A DNA stretch of 63,482 nt, the filler included, from Craspedostauros australis (Eukaryota), in NCBI GenBank assembly GCA_030167865.1. It is 15 parts of 15 records of this genome, joined end to end, with 100 filler letters (N's around TTAATTAATTAA, not from the genome) between each part and the next. Parts side by side here need not be neighbours in the genome. Positions count along the whole stretch, not along the records: positions 1 to 11,024 come from JALAGF010000163.1; positions 11,125 to 24,984 come from JALAGF010000165.1; 13 more parts are not named here. One strand, written 5' to 3'. Numbering within the stretch: position 1 is the stretch's first letter; every line of letters begins with the position of its first letter. The translations under genes were made by a program, and so were the position numbers. The notes beneath the pieces were generated by a model, which did no database searches, had not been told where the DNA came from, and saw only the letters and a list, made by a program, of their open reading frames with translations. Below are positions 1 through 11,488 of the stretch, piece by piece.

Positions 1-300
1 CGACACGAAGGTGGCCTGGATGACGCGGTTGTCTCTTGGAGTGAGGGTTCCCTCGATGTTGGAGATGGAGGAGGTGATGCTGGACTCGTACATCTTGCCG
101 AAGGTCAGGTCTTCGAGGCTCATCTTCTTGTCAGCGTGCTTCTTGGTGGCATGCTTCTTGGTGGCGGTGAGCTTGTCAGCGATGGCGTGGAGGGTGTTGG
201 TGTCGTCTTGGACGATGCGGAGGTTTGCGGCACTGGCCATGGTGACATGCTCAGCGGCGGCGAGGAGGGTGATGGTGGTGATGGCGGTGGAGAACTTCAT
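1..300 (-). CDS. Secreted protein, N-terminal part (runs off the window start)
   Basis: My own translation from ATG at 300: MKFSTAITTITLLAAAEHVTMASAANLRIVQDD...QATFVS. It is open to base 1, with a signal-peptide-like start and strongly C-ending codons. Not in the ORF track. Confidence 0.75.
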   Translation of the reverse strand, partial: MKFSTAITTITLLAAAEHVTMASAANLRIVQDDTNTLHAIADKLTATKKHATKKHADKKMSLEDLTFGKMYESSITSSISNIEGTLTPRDNRVIQATFVS

Positions 301-2057
301 GGTTGATAGAGCGTTGATAGAGTGTTGGTTGATTGCGTTTCGTACTTGTGCAAGTTTGGTTTTATGAATGGATGAGCTGATGAATGTCGAAGTTGTTGAT
401 CATGCACTTCGTTACTGCTTCTTGCTCATTGCTCGTTGCTATCATCGTTGCTTTCCTCGTTGGAACTGCTGCAGAGGAATGTGTTGCGAGAGTGCAGAGC
501 GTTTCTGCGTGATTGCGGCTGATGATCAGGTAATTCTCGCGTGTTCATCGTTGTTTGACCTGCGAGCTACATACTGTGTTGTGATCCTGTGACATTGCAC
601 TTCGATTGATGGCAAGGTAGTCTTGGTCTTGGTTTGATTTGGTTTGGTTTTGAGAAGGTGCTCAACGTCTGATCCACAAGTCACACATCCGGCAGCTGCC
701 AATATTGGCGTCATCATCATCGTCGTCTTGGTCTTCTTCACCTTCACCTTCAATGCAAACGTGAATGTGATCGTGAATGATTGTTGGCTGCCTTGGTAGT
801 CGTGTTGGATGTGGGTCGAGAATGGCACATTCCCATGCATCTGCGTGGCACCTTCTCACACATGCAAGACTTCGTTGAGCCAAAAAATCAACCAATCGAC
901 CAATGAAACAACCAGCTCTTTCTGTTGGGTGTGTGTTGGGGTTTGAGAAGGTTGCATCTGATAGGCTGATGCAGTCGTCGCATCCTTGTTTCGGTACACA
1001 TCGGTGCGCTCTGGTGAAAGCAACAGATGCAACGGATGTCGCATCGGGTCTCGTCCATGTGCTTGTCTCGCATTCGCCTTCCATCCTTCTCAAAGCATCG
1101 TGCTTCTTATCGCTTATCCTCGTCGTAGTCGTGGTCCATCTCGTTCGTCTCGTGCTCTCGCCTTTTGCCTTCGGTGAAGATGAATCGATCAAATGCCAAC
1201 AAGAATGAACGAAGTACGAAGATGGCGTGGCGTTGCGGGATGGTTTGGTCAGGTCGGACGTTGATCCGATCTGATTTGATCTTCGTGTGGTTGGGAAGGT
1301 GTGTTGTGGTTGGTTGGAATGGTACCTTCTCAAAGCGCGCGCAACGCGTTCGCGTTCTCGTTCTGGTTGTTCGTGGTTCTCGTTCTTGCTGTTTGCATGT
1401 TGAGCCTTTTCCAGTACCTTTTGTATTCCCACATCGCCGATCAGCGGTCTGACGTTCAGACGAAATGCTTGATTTCTTATCAAGTCTATCTATGGAAGGT
1501 AGAACACTCCGCCCTCCTTGCGTTCTGTTGTTACCTCGTTTTGGATTTGGAGAGTAAGATTGTTGTCTTCGCGTGACGTATTCATCTCGTGCCATAGATT
1601 CCATTCGCCTATCACCATGATTGGGACGAAAGCACAGAGAGCAGATTCCAGTGGTGGCACAACGTTGAAGTAGTCTGAGATTAGGATTCTGTAACTGTGG
1701 GTTGTATAACTCGTTTTATATATGTGTTTGCATTTGTTTTTGTATGGTATTCGACGTGGCTTCCTGCAAAGGTTGCGATTGTCGACATCGCATTGCATTT
1801 GAGCCTCTCGTCCAACTGTAACTCTCTGCAGAGGTGCTCCTGCGTCGCTTTTGGCACACCTGTTGTCGTGTACGCCCGCGTGATTTTTGCGGCACGAATT
1901 CTCATGCGAATTGGAGGAGCGATGAATGCAACATCATTGCGGGGAAGGTTATTCAACCGCTGCGTATGTGTATCGACCAAACTGATTCGATTGTAAAGAA
2001 TTCAGTTGCGTACCTCAGATACATTCTGTGTGTGTATGTGTCGATGTGCTCAGGTGT

Positions 2058-3847
2058 TCATGTGTTCTTGACACGGAATCCATGACGCACCTTCCGCCTC
2101 GCCTCATCATCTTTGACTACCTCCCACCCTGTCCCGTCCTCGAGCTGCTTGAGAAATCGCGACCCGCTGTCCAGTGTCAGCATCTTGACCCGCTCAGACA
2201 GCTTTGCCTTGAGCGCCTTTGTTGATGCAGCATGCTCTTCACGGAAGGAATCAATCAGCTGCAAGAACCGAATGTTGCCTGGGTGATTCTGGAACGGACG
2301 CCCACGTCCAATCAGTACGTCCATCTCGGTAGGTACAATGTCGCTGGATATCCCCTTTGATGCTTCTCGCTCGCGTCGAAGGGAGATCAGCTCCTCCAGC
2401 CTTTCCGCTCGGAGGCTCCCCGTGGAATCCAATGGGAATATGGACTCGTCGATGCCGAAGGTTGATAGGTAGTATTGCGTCTCCATGTAGGAACCAATAA
2501 ATGTCCGCACTCTCACCCTGGCTTTGGGAGCCCCGGAAACCTGGAAAAGCGACGCAGCACCAATCAACGATGTGTGATCCGTGCACATGTGACAGCCGGC
2601 GACGCGCAACGGGACGACCTTGCAGATTGCAATCGATCGCGTCAGCGTACTCCAAAAGTTCACTGGAGCAGTTGTCACATTGACGTGATGTCCAACTCCA
2701 ACAAAGCCCCTGGCATGCTCTTCCAGAGTCATTTCGTACACTCCATTCATCAATGTGTAAAAGAACGCCTCCTCCTGATCGAAAAAGTGGTGTGCGTTGC
2801 CCATATTGAAGGTTGGTGTGGAGTCGCAGCATTGTCGTCGTGCACGTGCGAACGAGCGTACATGTGAGATGGTGTGAGCAAGCAGAAAAAGGACGTCGCG
2901 AAAGATGTACGGAGACAAGACTATCATTATGGGCAACGCAGCTTGCAGCCCGCATGCAACCACTTTTTCATGCACCTGTTGTACAAGGTACGAGTAGAGC
3001 ATGAGCAGCATGGATGACGAGTGAAAGGGAGAAAACCAAGCATTGCACGAGTTTGCACCCCCAGGATTTCGAACGAACGGCATTGTAAACTCACCGCATG
3101 CTCCACCTTGTACATAGGATCGTTCACGCTGCCGGTCACAAAGACCACTGGTCGGCCTGATCGATCTCGCACGTCTTTGGGGTAGAATTGCAGGGGTCCT
3201 GCCTTGTAAAATTTCAGCGCAGATGGCGAAAGATCCTCCAACGTGATGACTTTGCCGAGCTTGTTGCGACCGAAGATATCCAGCTTTTTCTGAAACATGT
3301 TCACGATCTTCTTCGCTGAAAAATCGACATCGAACTGCGTGGCGTAGAGATACATCAACCGGAGTTTGGGATCCCTGACGTGCTTCGGAAAGAGAAAGAG
3401 CGCTAGATTGTACGCATTCTTTTCACGTATCTTTGTCAGCTTTGCATCCAATGCCAAGAGCGCGTTGGCGACGAAGTCGGGATCATTCGGTAGATCGAAA
3501 TCTGTCGCGACACCGTGGATATCGTCGAACACTCTCTCACGCTCTTGCATGGACAGACTTTCTAGGTCCTTTGCAAGAAGCATCTCCCCTTCTGTCAGAA
3601 TCTGCCCCTTCCGGATGTATGCGGATTCCCTCCCAACACTGGCGCTGCCGCTGCTGACGCTGACGCTTCCGTCGCTGCCGCTATTGCGTGATTGGAAGGC
3701 GTAACCGTTTTTGATGTCGGCGCCAAAGCTGTTGAAGACGCTGCTCTTTTGGATGACGGGTGTATTGGAGCTGAGTATTGGGAGGCACGGTCGGCAGCCC
3801 ATAGAGCAGTTGCTGCTGCTATCTTCGGTAAGCTCGTCGATGTTCAT
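2058..3847 (-). CDS. Diatom DUF6824-domain protein with an upstream CRAL-TRIO-N-like helical region; two exons (~3847-3095 and ~2774-2058)
   Basis: C-terminal DVLIGRGRPFQNHPGNIRF...SRFLKQ...WEVV...ARRKVRHGFR is the DUF6824 pattern. The N-terminal LSMQERERVFDDIHGV is typical of this diatom family. GTGAG donor at 3094 and TTTTTCGATCAG acceptor at 2775 join KVEHA to EEAFFY in frame; an alternative acceptor lies at 2976. Confidence 0.8.
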
Positions 3848-5592
3848 GTTGGTGCTGCTGTCTTTGTTGTCCAAGATGGAGATCCGCGAGCAGTATGCGT
3901 CTTCTATTTCGGAGTCTCTGAAGAGATGATCGTTGGTATGGCTTCTGTGCGACAGAATGCAAAAGATACCACCTTCGAGCAAGTGTGATGACAATTGTAC
4001 TGGTAGTGGCAATTGTGACGGCAAGGTTAGGTTGAATGGTGGTGTTGTGGGAAGATGTTGCGCAACCCGCCACTCCCATCGTTTCTGTTGCTGCTTTATT
4101 GCTGTTCTTGTCGCTGTCGGCGGCACTCCAGAGCTGTGGTTTCGTGCCTAGTACCCATGCTGTGCAGTCGAGTACGGCGCCAATGACAGTCCTTCTTTCC
4201 CTCTCCGAAACGAATAGCGGTTGTGACCTGTCGACGGAGGAAGGGAGAAGCACAGAAGGTCGTACGCGAGCACAACCTCCGAGGAGTCGAATGCGATTCG
4301 AGACACACACAAGATAAAATTCCAATCGTGAGCGAAGGCATATCATAGGTCTTCATGTGTTGGAATGTCTGCGTTGTGTTCACGGTGGGCACAGACCAAC
4401 ACTCACATTTAACTGTTGGAGAAGTCATCGATTGATTGAAGGGACTTCGCCAGGCACATTTAACTTACAATAGTTCGGCGCTATAAACACCCATTTCGGA
4501 ATGGTGTCACAACATCGCAGAATTCCGGTGCTGTGGCTATGTTGCCTTTGCGATGGCACAGCGTGGGCTCCTCCTAGACTGATGGACCTGTGGCTCAATT
4601 CTCCTCCCATCCAGGATGAGGAGGCGTCGTCAAGTTGTTCCTCGTGATGACACACTCTCTACTCTCTATAATAGTATTCCATTCTATTACATGCTAGCCA
4701 AGCCGCTCCTCTTCTCTGCACCACCATCGTTGACAGCAAATGGCTTGTGTGCGTGTGTGTGTGTGTGGGGGACAACAGCTCACAGTGGCCGCAAATGGGA
4801 ACATCATAGCATTTCTCAGGCAGACGAATATATGTAATACAAACGCCACAACACAGGCTGAGCACACACATTACATCTGCTTCACAACAAGAATGGTGAG
4901 CATCTTGAATGAGCCAGACCCACCAAGATCCAACACGACAGTCATGCTGCGCCCGTGAAACAAAGCTACGCCCTGTGCAAGACTTGCTGTTGGAACCTGC
5001 GACTTGCGAGCAATTGTGACCGTCCGCACTCCGTGACAGAATGCCTTGAATTGGCTGCGACGAACAACGCGTGTCCTGATTGTTTAGATGGACACGAACC
5101 AAATAGGCTATTTGTTCTTGAAACGAAGACCACGTGCAACCCAACAACTCTCTTTGTCGTGGGAGAATACTTACTATGAAAAGTCAATGGTTTTCGGCGA
5201 CTCTCTGGTGCCAACCGGCTTTCACATGTATCGCTCTCTAGGTATGTAATTGCAGTTGGCGGTTCCATTCGTTGGCGATATGCTCGCCAATTAGTAGTTG
5301 TGGACAGCGTCAGAAGATTAGTGGCATTGGTGGTGATACAGCATCCACCTTGCTACGTTACCTATGTTATGTTGTGCTGCGCAGTGCAGTGGCTGTCACA
5401 GGAAGAATGGCATGCTCGTAGCTCGTGCACTACAGCCACTATCGTTCGTTCTTCCTGCTCATGTTCTGCACGAAACTTCACGGTCGTATTGCAGGTTGCA
5501 CTCATCTCTTACATATTGCTTGTATCTCCATTATATTATATAGTGTTACAGTATACATCATCCTGTGCATGTATCTTGTGCCTCCTCGCATG

Positions 5593-8500
5593 TCATGTCT
5601 GCGTCGTCTGGCCGTTTTGTTGTTTGTTCGTTTGTTCATCAGGAAGCATGACGGGTCGGATCGGCTTGCCTCTTGCAGTCCTCTGACATTTGGAGGGATG
5701 TGCCGTCTTCGACATGTCGTGCATGATGTTGCCATCGCGATTCTCTTGTTCGGCGGCCATCTTCCCATCATCGCCATCACCAGCCTTACCGTCACCATGG
5801 CGCTTGGAGCGTGAGCGCTTCGCGATGCTTGCAAGCGGCCGTTTGCGGACCTGGAAGCGGGGGAAGATGCTGGATTGACTGGGTGTTCCACTGTTGTTGT
5901 TGTTGTTGCTGCTGCTGCTGCTCTTGGCATTGGTGTTCAGGCGAGATTCATGACCAGAGGTTGGGATGTTGGTGGCGAGCCAGTCACTCCCGTGGACCTT
6001 TCGTTTGGTCCTCCTTCTCTTTGTGCTTCTCGTGCGCTGGAACATCTTGGATGTCGTGGGAGACTGTACGCTTGCCGTCGTTGCTGCTGTCGTTGCTGCT
6101 GCAGCGGTTGCTGATTGATTCAGATCCTTCTGCATCTCTTGAGACTCGATGGCAGTGTGCGGCAACTTGTCCGGCGAATCCTGAATCTCGATCACTTCAA
6201 TCTCAGCTGCTTCAGCGCCTCTCTCTTTCGCAGAATCATCGGAGTCGTCATCAGCGCCACTGTCATCACTGTCAGATGAATCGCTGCTGACGGATATCGT
6301 GTCTTGGCTTGTGACGGGCGTTGGTTTGGTCGACGCTGTCGTTTTGGACGCACAAGTAACCGATGCAACCCGATTCTTCTGCGACTGTTCAGGGTTGACT
6401 TTGCTGCCATCGTTGCTCTTGTTGCCAGTGGCTATGCTTGGACCTTCATCCGTCTTGCGACGGTAGGATGCTGATGTTGCCAATCCCTTCGTGTCAAGCA
6501 AGTCGTCTTCATCTTCTTCATCGGAACTGGGCATGTCCGTGTTGATACGCGAATTGGTTCCTCTGTTGGTCATTTGCAATCGTGACGGATCCTCAATACC
6601 AGTTGCATCAGCTCCCTTGGTGTCCTTGTGCTTGTCTGTGATCTTCGTGTTGCTAGTACTGCTGTTGTTGACACCGACAACCTTCTCGCCCTTCGCTGCC
6701 TGTTGCACCTCCTCTTCGCCCATACACGAAGCCATCAAGTCTTCATCGAGCCGTCTGCCCACCGTCGTCTTCGGTTTGAGCGAGGCTGCTTTGATTTGTT
6801 TGGATACGGCGGGTCTGGAAGGTGGGAAGAGACGCTGCTTGCAAGTTAGCAGTCCGTCATGTGCATGTGCGGCTTGTCCTGGAGACAGAGACAATGGCGA
6901 TTGATGGCTGCGCCTGCTGGTTGATGGCGATCTCGGATTCCTGCTCTTTGGTGTGATGGGGCTGGATGTTGGACTTCGCTTGCGTGAAACGGGGACGAAT
7001 TGCAGCGGGGTGTAACTCAAGCGTCTTGCCTTGCGCCTGCCGCTGCGTGGTGATGTGGATCTTGGGGTTTGCGGAATCTTGTGCGGTTTGGTGTTGGTTG
7101 GTGGAGTGGAGACAGAACGCACCTTGCTTGATGTGGCGGCAGCCGCAGCTGCAGCTACCGTGTTGTGAATTCCACCGACGCCGGGAACGAGAGAATCTGC
7201 ACTGTCCTCGATGCTGTCGGTCGTGCCCTTGTCTTCAGCGGCGGATGCTGCTGCTGCTCCTTTCACTTCTGTCAGTTGCTTTGCTTGTTGCTCTGCGTCA
7301 TAGTCTCTGCCTTCTGCCATCGCCAACAAGCGCTGGGCAGTTTCAGTATCCGCGGGTCCTGATGGGAACAACGGGCGCATTTCTTGGATGGTGTTTCGTG
7401 GAAACACTTGGCGAGGGACGAAGGGAGGTTCTGGTTTGCTTGTTGGTGCGGGTGCAGATGTGGTTGCAGATGCGGTTGCAGATGCAGTTGCATTGATGGT
7501 GGATGGTAATTCTGGCAATGGAATCGATGGCACGCCGGACTTCTGTGGCTTCCCTTCGTCTCGCGACCGCGCCTTTTGCTTGTGGGTGACTCTGCGATTC
7601 TTCATGTCTTCAGCATCAGCATCGGTATCACTGTCCAAGTCCAGCAAGAGCGATTCATGGTACTTCTCTTTGCGGGTCTTCGTGCTCTTCGCAGTTTGTG
7701 GTAATGCGCTGCTGGTGTTGGCACCAAAGGCGCTCGCCTGCTTCTCCTTCTTTCGATTTGGCGACATTGGCAATGGAAGCGACTCGTCCTCACTGCTGCT
7801 GCTGCTGCTGCTGCTGTCATCCAATGGGTGCGAATGTTCGGAGTGTGCATCGGTCTTTGTTGTCGTGGTTGCTTCTGCAGCCTGCAGAATGCTTCGTTGG
7901 TCGCCATCACTACCATCATCACTACCATCACTACCATCATCGCCATCGATCATTATCACATCACCATCGTCACCATCATCACCACCGTCATCGTTGGCTT
8001 CTTTTCCTTTTCCTTTTCCGTTTGGGTTTTCGTGTTCATTCGTGGTTTCATCTCTCTGTTCGATTGTGTCACGTACCGCCGCCTTGTTGGCGTCAGCAAC
8101 ATCGCTCTTTGGTGCACGACCAGCGTCGCCATCAACACCATGATCACACTTCTTTTCATTCACACCACCATCTCCTCCTGCTGTCACCGCCACATTCTCA
8201 TGGCCGCAAGGATGATCGAATTCACCGGCGTTCAATTTGCTCCACGCTTCCCCCATCACCTTGTCTTTGATGGCCCGCAACTGCTTCACCTTTTGGTCGA
8301 TGCCAGCGGAAGTGTGGGCCGTGCTATCCAACAGCAGACTTCCCGATCTCAGCGAGTACCATCCCAGCGGTTTGTACATGCCGCCCAAATGATGCAGCCA
8401 GTCGCGTAGTTTGGCATCGTACTCGTAGATGCGTCGGATGGATGTATCTCGTGGGATTGTATCGCCGTTGTTGAGAGCCAAGGGATATCGGCACAACGAT

Positions 8501-10722
8501 GGACTTTCCTGCATGCTGTCAGTGTCCGTGCCCGAAGGCGCACCAGCTGAGCTCCTCTGATCGTTCAGGATCTGCTTCTTGGGTGGAAGCTGACTTGGTG
8601 ATCGTGGCACATCATTCTGCCGTCTCCCCACATTCGATTTGCGAGTACCAGTGGGTTTGCTGTCGTCATGATCCTTCACGCTCATTACCATGGCGATGCG
8701 ATGGCCTTGTGCACTGCCAAGGACGAACAGTGGATGCGTGTACTCGACGATGTCTCCTGGTCGCAACGGTTCCCTGCCATACTGTTTGTGTCTGAGTCGG
8801 TTGGATCCGGTTGGACCCACTTGCACAATCTGGGATGGTGACCAGCCAGTTTCATCTTCGCTGCTGGTATCCGTGCTGCTGCTGGTCGTGTTGCTGGCGT
8901 TGTTGGCGCTGCTGGCTTGGCTGTCGCTTTCGTTTGGACAGCGATTGTCGTTGTGACTGCGGTTGTGACTGCGGTTGGTGCTGCGGTTGCGGGTTGTTGG
9001 CGCTTGTCTGTCTTCCTTCTCGCGGTTGCTGTGTTTGCTGTGGCGATTATTTGGAGTCGACAAGTTGCTGGTGGTGCTGGCGGTGCTGGCTGCCTTCTTG
9101 ATGCTTTGTGTCTTCTTCTGCTTCGTTTCGCCGTCGTTGTGCTCGCTCTTTCGCTTGTGTTGGTGTTTACTTGTGTGCGCGCCTTTGCGCTTGTGTCTGG
9201 CATACTTCTTGCCTCGGCGATGGCCATGACCACGGTCACGACCACCATCAATATCATCTTCATCTTCACCTTCATCGTCATCCATGTCTGACCATTTCAT
9301 GCGGTATGGAATCTCCAAGTCTTCATCGGCAATGTCGCATCCATGGGCATGCTCTTTGGTATCCGCCTTGTGTTCCTTTCGCTGTTGTTGCTGTTGCACT
9401 TGGGCTTGTAGTTGGCGTCTCTGCTGCCTTGCAAGTCTCCGTTCCATCACAGTATCCTCACTTTCCGATGACGAAAGAGAAGAGGACTTGGCGAACTTGC
9501 CGTGATCATGCCCATGCCTCCTCGACAGTGAGAATCTCTTCTTCTTCTTCTTCTTCTTCTTCTTCTTCTTCTCCGAACAGTGGGTGTGCAACTTCGTTGA
9601 GGTTGGGGATGGTGCTGGCGATTCTTCTTCTTCATTATCGTTGTCTGATCCATCGAATGAATTGCTGTGAAGTTGGGACAAGGAGAAGGGATAGTCCTCA
9701 GAGTCTGACGATGAACTGCCATGATCACTTGGCATTCCAGTCTTCGATTCTGAATCAGAGCGCTCCGGATTTCGTGCTGATAACTGCTCTGATAGCTGCG
9801 CAGAAGAATCTGACGAAGGCGAAGATGGTGGGACGCACACGTCGGCAGATGATTCTGCACTGGATTCGTCGCTGCTGGAGCATAGCGAAACTCTTAGCAC
9901 AATCGTCTTCTGCTTAGTCTTCTTCTTCTTCTTCGGCTGCGGGTGCTGTTGTTGCTTCTGGTGCTGTTTGTTTGATGCGTATGAGCTTCTCTGGATCTGC
10001 TTCATCTTGTTCCTTTCGTCTGCGTTAGCACTCTTTTTGCTGGTGCGGATGCTCGTGCGGATTGGAGATTTCTTCAGTGTCACTTTGGATTGGCGGTATC
10101 TTCGTACGGTCTGGCGTGTCTCTCCCTCCGCGCAGCTCACACTGGTGTCGCTATCGCCATCGCCATCACTGTTGCTATCGCCGTCGCTGTTGATGCTGAT
10201 GTTGATGATCCGGTCCAGCTTCCTCCTCTTTTCGCTCTTTCGTTTTCCGTGATCAATCTTGTGCGAGACGTTCTTCATGTCATCATCCCGCTTGTGACGG
10301 CCGCTGATCCTTGCCACATCAGCAGCGTGGTGAGTGCGCTTGCCATCACCTCCACTTGCGTTTGCCAAAATGGATGGACGAGAGCACAACTTGCTGCGAG
10401 AAGAAGAATCTCTCATTCCACTTCTTGATTTGCTCCGTCGCTTTCCACCAGCAGGGCTGCGTGAATTGAACAGAAATGTTTGCTTCACGGACTTGCGGGC
10501 CGAACGCGGCGCCTTCTTCTTCTCCGATGGTGAGGACAGAAGCCTCTTCAGCTTGTTGTTGCTGCGGCTGCGGCTCCTGCTGCTCGTCTTACTCATTGCC
10601 TTGCTTCTAGTTTTGACTTCGATGTCGTCACTTCGACTTGCACGATGCTGAGCAGAGTCCTTGCGGATGCTGGTGCTGGAAGAGCGGTGCCTGCTGTCGG
10701 TCTTTCGGCTGCTTCGTGACAT
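5593..10722 (-). CDS. Large low-complexity S/K/R/D-rich hypothetical protein (1709 aa), probably nuclear
   Basis: Uninterrupted 5.1-kb ORF with poly-K, poly-S and poly-Q tracts. One ordered-looking segment: LRPGDIVEYTHPLFVLG...YPLALNNGDTIPRDTSIRRI. Confidence 0.75.
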   Translation of the reverse strand: MSRSSRKTDSRHRSSSTSIRKDSAQHRASRSDDIEVKTRSKAMSKTSSRSRSRSNNKLKRLLSSPSEKKKAPRSARKSVKQTFLFNSRSPAGGKRRSKSRSGMRDSSSRSKLCSRPSILANASGGDGKRTHHAADVARISGRHKRDDDMKNVSHKIDHGKRKSEKRRKLDRIINISINSDGDSNSDGDGDSDTSVSCAEGETRQTVRRYRQSKVTLKKSPIRTSIRTSKKSANADERNKMKQIQRSSYASNKQHQKQQQHPQPKKKKKTKQKTIVLRVSLCSSSDESSAESSADVCVPPSSPSSDSSAQLSEQLSARNPERSDSESKTGMPSDHGSSSSDSEDYPFSLSQLHSNSFDGSDNDNEEEESPAPSPTSTKLHTHCSEKKKKKKKKKKKRFSLSRRHGHDHGKFAKSSSLSSSESEDTVMERRLARQQRRQLQAQVQQQQQRKEHKADTKEHAHGCDIADEDLEIPYRMKWSDMDDDEGEDEDDIDGGRDRGHGHRRGKKYARHKRKGAHTSKHQHKRKSEHNDGETKQKKTQSIKKAASTASTTSNLSTPNNRHSKHSNREKEDRQAPTTRNRSTNRSHNRSHNDNRCPNESDSQASSANNASNTTSSSTDTSSEDETGWSPSQIVQVGPTGSNRLRHKQYGREPLRPGDIVEYTHPLFVLGSAQGHRIAMVMSVKDHDDSKPTGTRKSNVGRRQNDVPRSPSQLPPKKQILNDQRSSAGAPSGTDTDSMQESPSLCRYPLALNNGDTIPRDTSIRRIYEYDAKLRDWLHHLGGMYKPLGWYSLRSGSLLLDSTAHTSAGIDQKVKQLRAIKDKVMGEAWSKLNAGEFDHPCGHENVAVTAGGDGGVNEKKCDHGVDGDAGRAPKSDVADANKAAVRDTIEQRDETTNEHENPNGKGKGKEANDDGGDDGDDGDVIMIDGDDGSDGSDDGSDGDQRSILQAAEATTTTKTDAHSEHSHPLDDSSSSSSSSEDESLPLPMSPNRKKEKQASAFGANTSSALPQTAKSTKTRKEKYHESLLLDLDSDTDADAEDMKNRRVTHKQKARSRDEGKPQKSGVPSIPLPELPSTINATASATASATTSAPAPTSKPEPPFVPRQVFPRNTIQEMRPLFPSGPADTETAQRLLAMAEGRDYDAEQQAKQLTEVKGAAAASAAEDKGTTDSIEDSADSLVPGVGGIHNTVAAAAAAATSSKVRSVSTPPTNTKPHKIPQTPRSTSPRSGRRKARRLSYTPLQFVPVSRKRSPTSSPITPKSRNPRSPSTSRRSHQSPLSLSPGQAAHAHDGLLTCKQRLFPPSRPAVSKQIKAASLKPKTTVGRRLDEDLMASCMGEEEVQQAAKGEKVVGVNNSSTSNTKITDKHKDTKGADATGIEDPSRLQMTNRGTNSRINTDMPSSDEEDEDDLLDTKGLATSASYRRKTDEGPSIATGNKSNDGSKVNPEQSQKNRVASVTCASKTTASTKPTPVTSQDTISVSSDSSDSDDSGADDDSDDSAKERGAEAAEIEVIEIQDSPDKLPHTAIESQEMQKDLNQSATAAAATTAATTASVQSPTTSKMFQRTRSTKRRRTKRKVHGSDWLATNIPTSGHESRLNTNAKSSSSSNNNNNSGTPSQSSIFPRFQVRKRPLASIAKRSRSKRHGDGKAGDGDDGKMAAEQENRDGNIMHDMSKTAHPSKCQRTARGKPIRPVMLPDEQTNKQQNGQTTQT

Positions 10723-10897
10723 GGTGATGCTGTGGAAAAGTGATAGGATGGGGGCTCTCTATCGGTACTTGTGTGAGTATCTCTATTTGCTGTTATAGTG
10801 CTTGTGTTCACAATGAAGGAGCGTTGCCTGCAGATGAGTGTTGTTAAAGTCTGTGCTTGATGATTATGGGAATGCAATTGATGCTCTCAATGACAAA

Positions 10898-10939
10898 TGG
10901 ATGGATGGATGGATGGATGGATGGATGGATGGATGGATG
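10898..10939. repeat. (TGGA)n microsatellite
   Basis: About 10 tandem tetranucleotide units upstream of the 1709-aa ORF. Confidence 0.9.
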
Positions 10940-11024
10940 AATGATGAAGGAGGGGATTGCGTCAAAGCCTGTTGTCATCCTCCTTGGAACATCACACAAA
11001 AAGTGACTCCTTTCATGGTCACTC

Positions 11025-11124
11025 NNNNNNNNNNNNNNNNNNNNNNNNNNNNNNNNNNNNNNNNNNNNTTAATTAATTAANNNNNNNNNNNNNNNNNNNN
11101 NNNNNNNNNNNNNNNNNNNNNNNN
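11025..11124. other. Artificial contig linker (44N-TTAATTAATTAA-44N); recurs at about 24985, 33186, 34996, 36825, 38809, 40571, 44706, 47285, 48724, 50058, 58776, 60544 and 61895
   Basis: Identical 100-bp N-padded palindrome carrying stop codons in all six frames. Confidence 0.97.
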
Positions 11125-11488
11125 AATGGATTTCATGCAGTCCTCGTACCCGGAGCGTATCACCACGGAATAAACATGAATCCGATCAAAATGGTAGCAA
11201 GCACACCTACCATACGTACAAGCAGTATTCTGCGAGCGGTCTGCATACGATAATACGAGCTATGCGGACGGAGGAGATTGGTAATGTACGTATGTATGTG
11301 CTTCTGTGAAGATGCTATAACATGTATCATATCATGGAGTAGATCGTTCATTCTTCAATCCTCGGGCTTCGATGGTATCCCTCATCCCATGGTCAAGGAT
11401 TGTGACACAGCCTGGTGAGAGACCACCATCTGCCTTCATTGCTGCAACAGGAGCTGGATGCACGAGTATCCATACTCATTGAGTGGTC

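Noticed and set aside
662..1990. Several 100-270-aa ORFs between the first two genes
   Set aside because: No recognisable motifs or coding bias; they look like intergenic/promoter sequence.
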